From positions 2,421,903 to 2,485,902 of the forward strand of contig BFEA01000046.1 in NCBI GenBank assembly GCA_003427395.1: a stretch of 64,000 bases of DNA, read 5' to 3'. Made by a program: the position numbers and the translations under genes. Source of the stretch: Chara braunii. Its lineage: Eukaryota > Plantae > Charophyceae. Shown piece after piece: positions 63,279 through 64,000 of the stretch. Below the pieces are notes generated by a model. It saw only the letters and a list, made by a program, of their open reading frames with translations. It was not told the origin of the DNA and did not search any database. The stretch's first letter is position 1; each line of letters starts with the position of its first letter.

Positions 63279-64000
63279 TGTTACGGACTTCGCCAGGGCT
63301 CGATCCCTGGTCTATCTTTTTGCTGTTTCGGTTGCATCCCGTTTTCGGCCTGGCACCCTTTTTCCAAACCCCTCCTTTGGTACCGTAGGATTTTGGACAA
63401 ATGGCGCCATGCTGCAATTCAGGCGCCACTTTCAAATACTGCATTTTTCAGTTCTGCCCTCGGGGCCTTTGCAGAAATGCCCCTGGTACCGTACGTGCCA
63501 CCGGTACTTATACCGGCTCCCCGTACGGTACGGGGCCAGTCTCATACCAGTTCTCTGCTGCTGTACTCGTACTCAGTGTGACTTGCTGTTTCGGCATTCG
63601 GAATCCAAGACTTCGACTTTGTGCCTTGCCACTGTGTCTGCGTCCGATCCTCAGTCCGAGTCCGTTGTGTCGAGTGAGTGAGTGTGTGTGTGTGCTCTCA
63701 CTCTCTCCCTCTCTCTCCTCTCCCTCGGCTCACCCTCAGCCTCACGCTCGTTACACTGGTATCGGAGCGGTTCGAACCCGCCCGACCCACCCTACTTTGA
63801 CGTCGTCACCGGCCATCATCAACATCATCGTCGAGGTCGTCGTTGCCGTGCCACGTCATCATCGTCATCATCGCGATCATCGTCATTGTGCCCCATCATC
63901 ATCGTCATCGACGGGATCCCCGCCGTTGTGCCACGTCATCATCACTGTGCCCATCGTCCTCGTCGCTGCGCCGCGCCGTCCTTGTCATCGCCGTCGTTCC
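63279..64000 (+). mobile_element. 5' LTR (63279-63755), tRNA-iMet PBS and leader of nested LTR element 7
   Basis: TGTTA...TTACA followed by TGGTATCGGAGC (63757-63768; canonical TGGTATCAGAGC). It interrupts the pol frame of element 6. Confidence 0.8.

Noticed and set aside
63757-63780. tRNA gene (TGGTATCGGAGCGGTTCGAACC)
   Set aside because: This is a primer-binding site after an LTR end and no cloverleaf can be formed.

Overview
This is repeat-rich eukaryotic nuclear DNA from the green lineage. A charophyte alga such as Chara is my inference from the CHLH sequence, the microsatellite load and the style of the Ty3/gypsy elements. The only clear host gene is the 2.66-kb terminal exon of magnesium chelatase subunit H (CHLH, minus strand, 56039-58696). 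Its upstream intron holds a chromodomain-bearing Ty3/gypsy element that is itself interrupted by a second LTR element. The region 1-29.4 kb is a pile of nested or truncated LTR retrotransposons. It includes a large degenerate gypsy element with about 4.6 kb of extra unknown ORFs upstream of gag, a mitochondrial LSU rRNA fragment, a degenerate nuclear 26S rRNA fragment, and an LTR carrying six stem-loops with an invariant loop and covarying stems. The most unusual region is 29.4-50.9 kb. About 14 kb is seeded with more than 25 copies of a 24-bp palindrome (GAAGTYCG-N8-CGAACTTC), followed by a ~7-kb frameshifted reading frame with an apparent ParB/DndB-like domain, a degenerate beta-class DNA amino-methyltransferase-like fold and a Ulp1/C48 SUMO protease. 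No transposase for it is visible in the window. All domain calls are by-eye motif matches, not database results.
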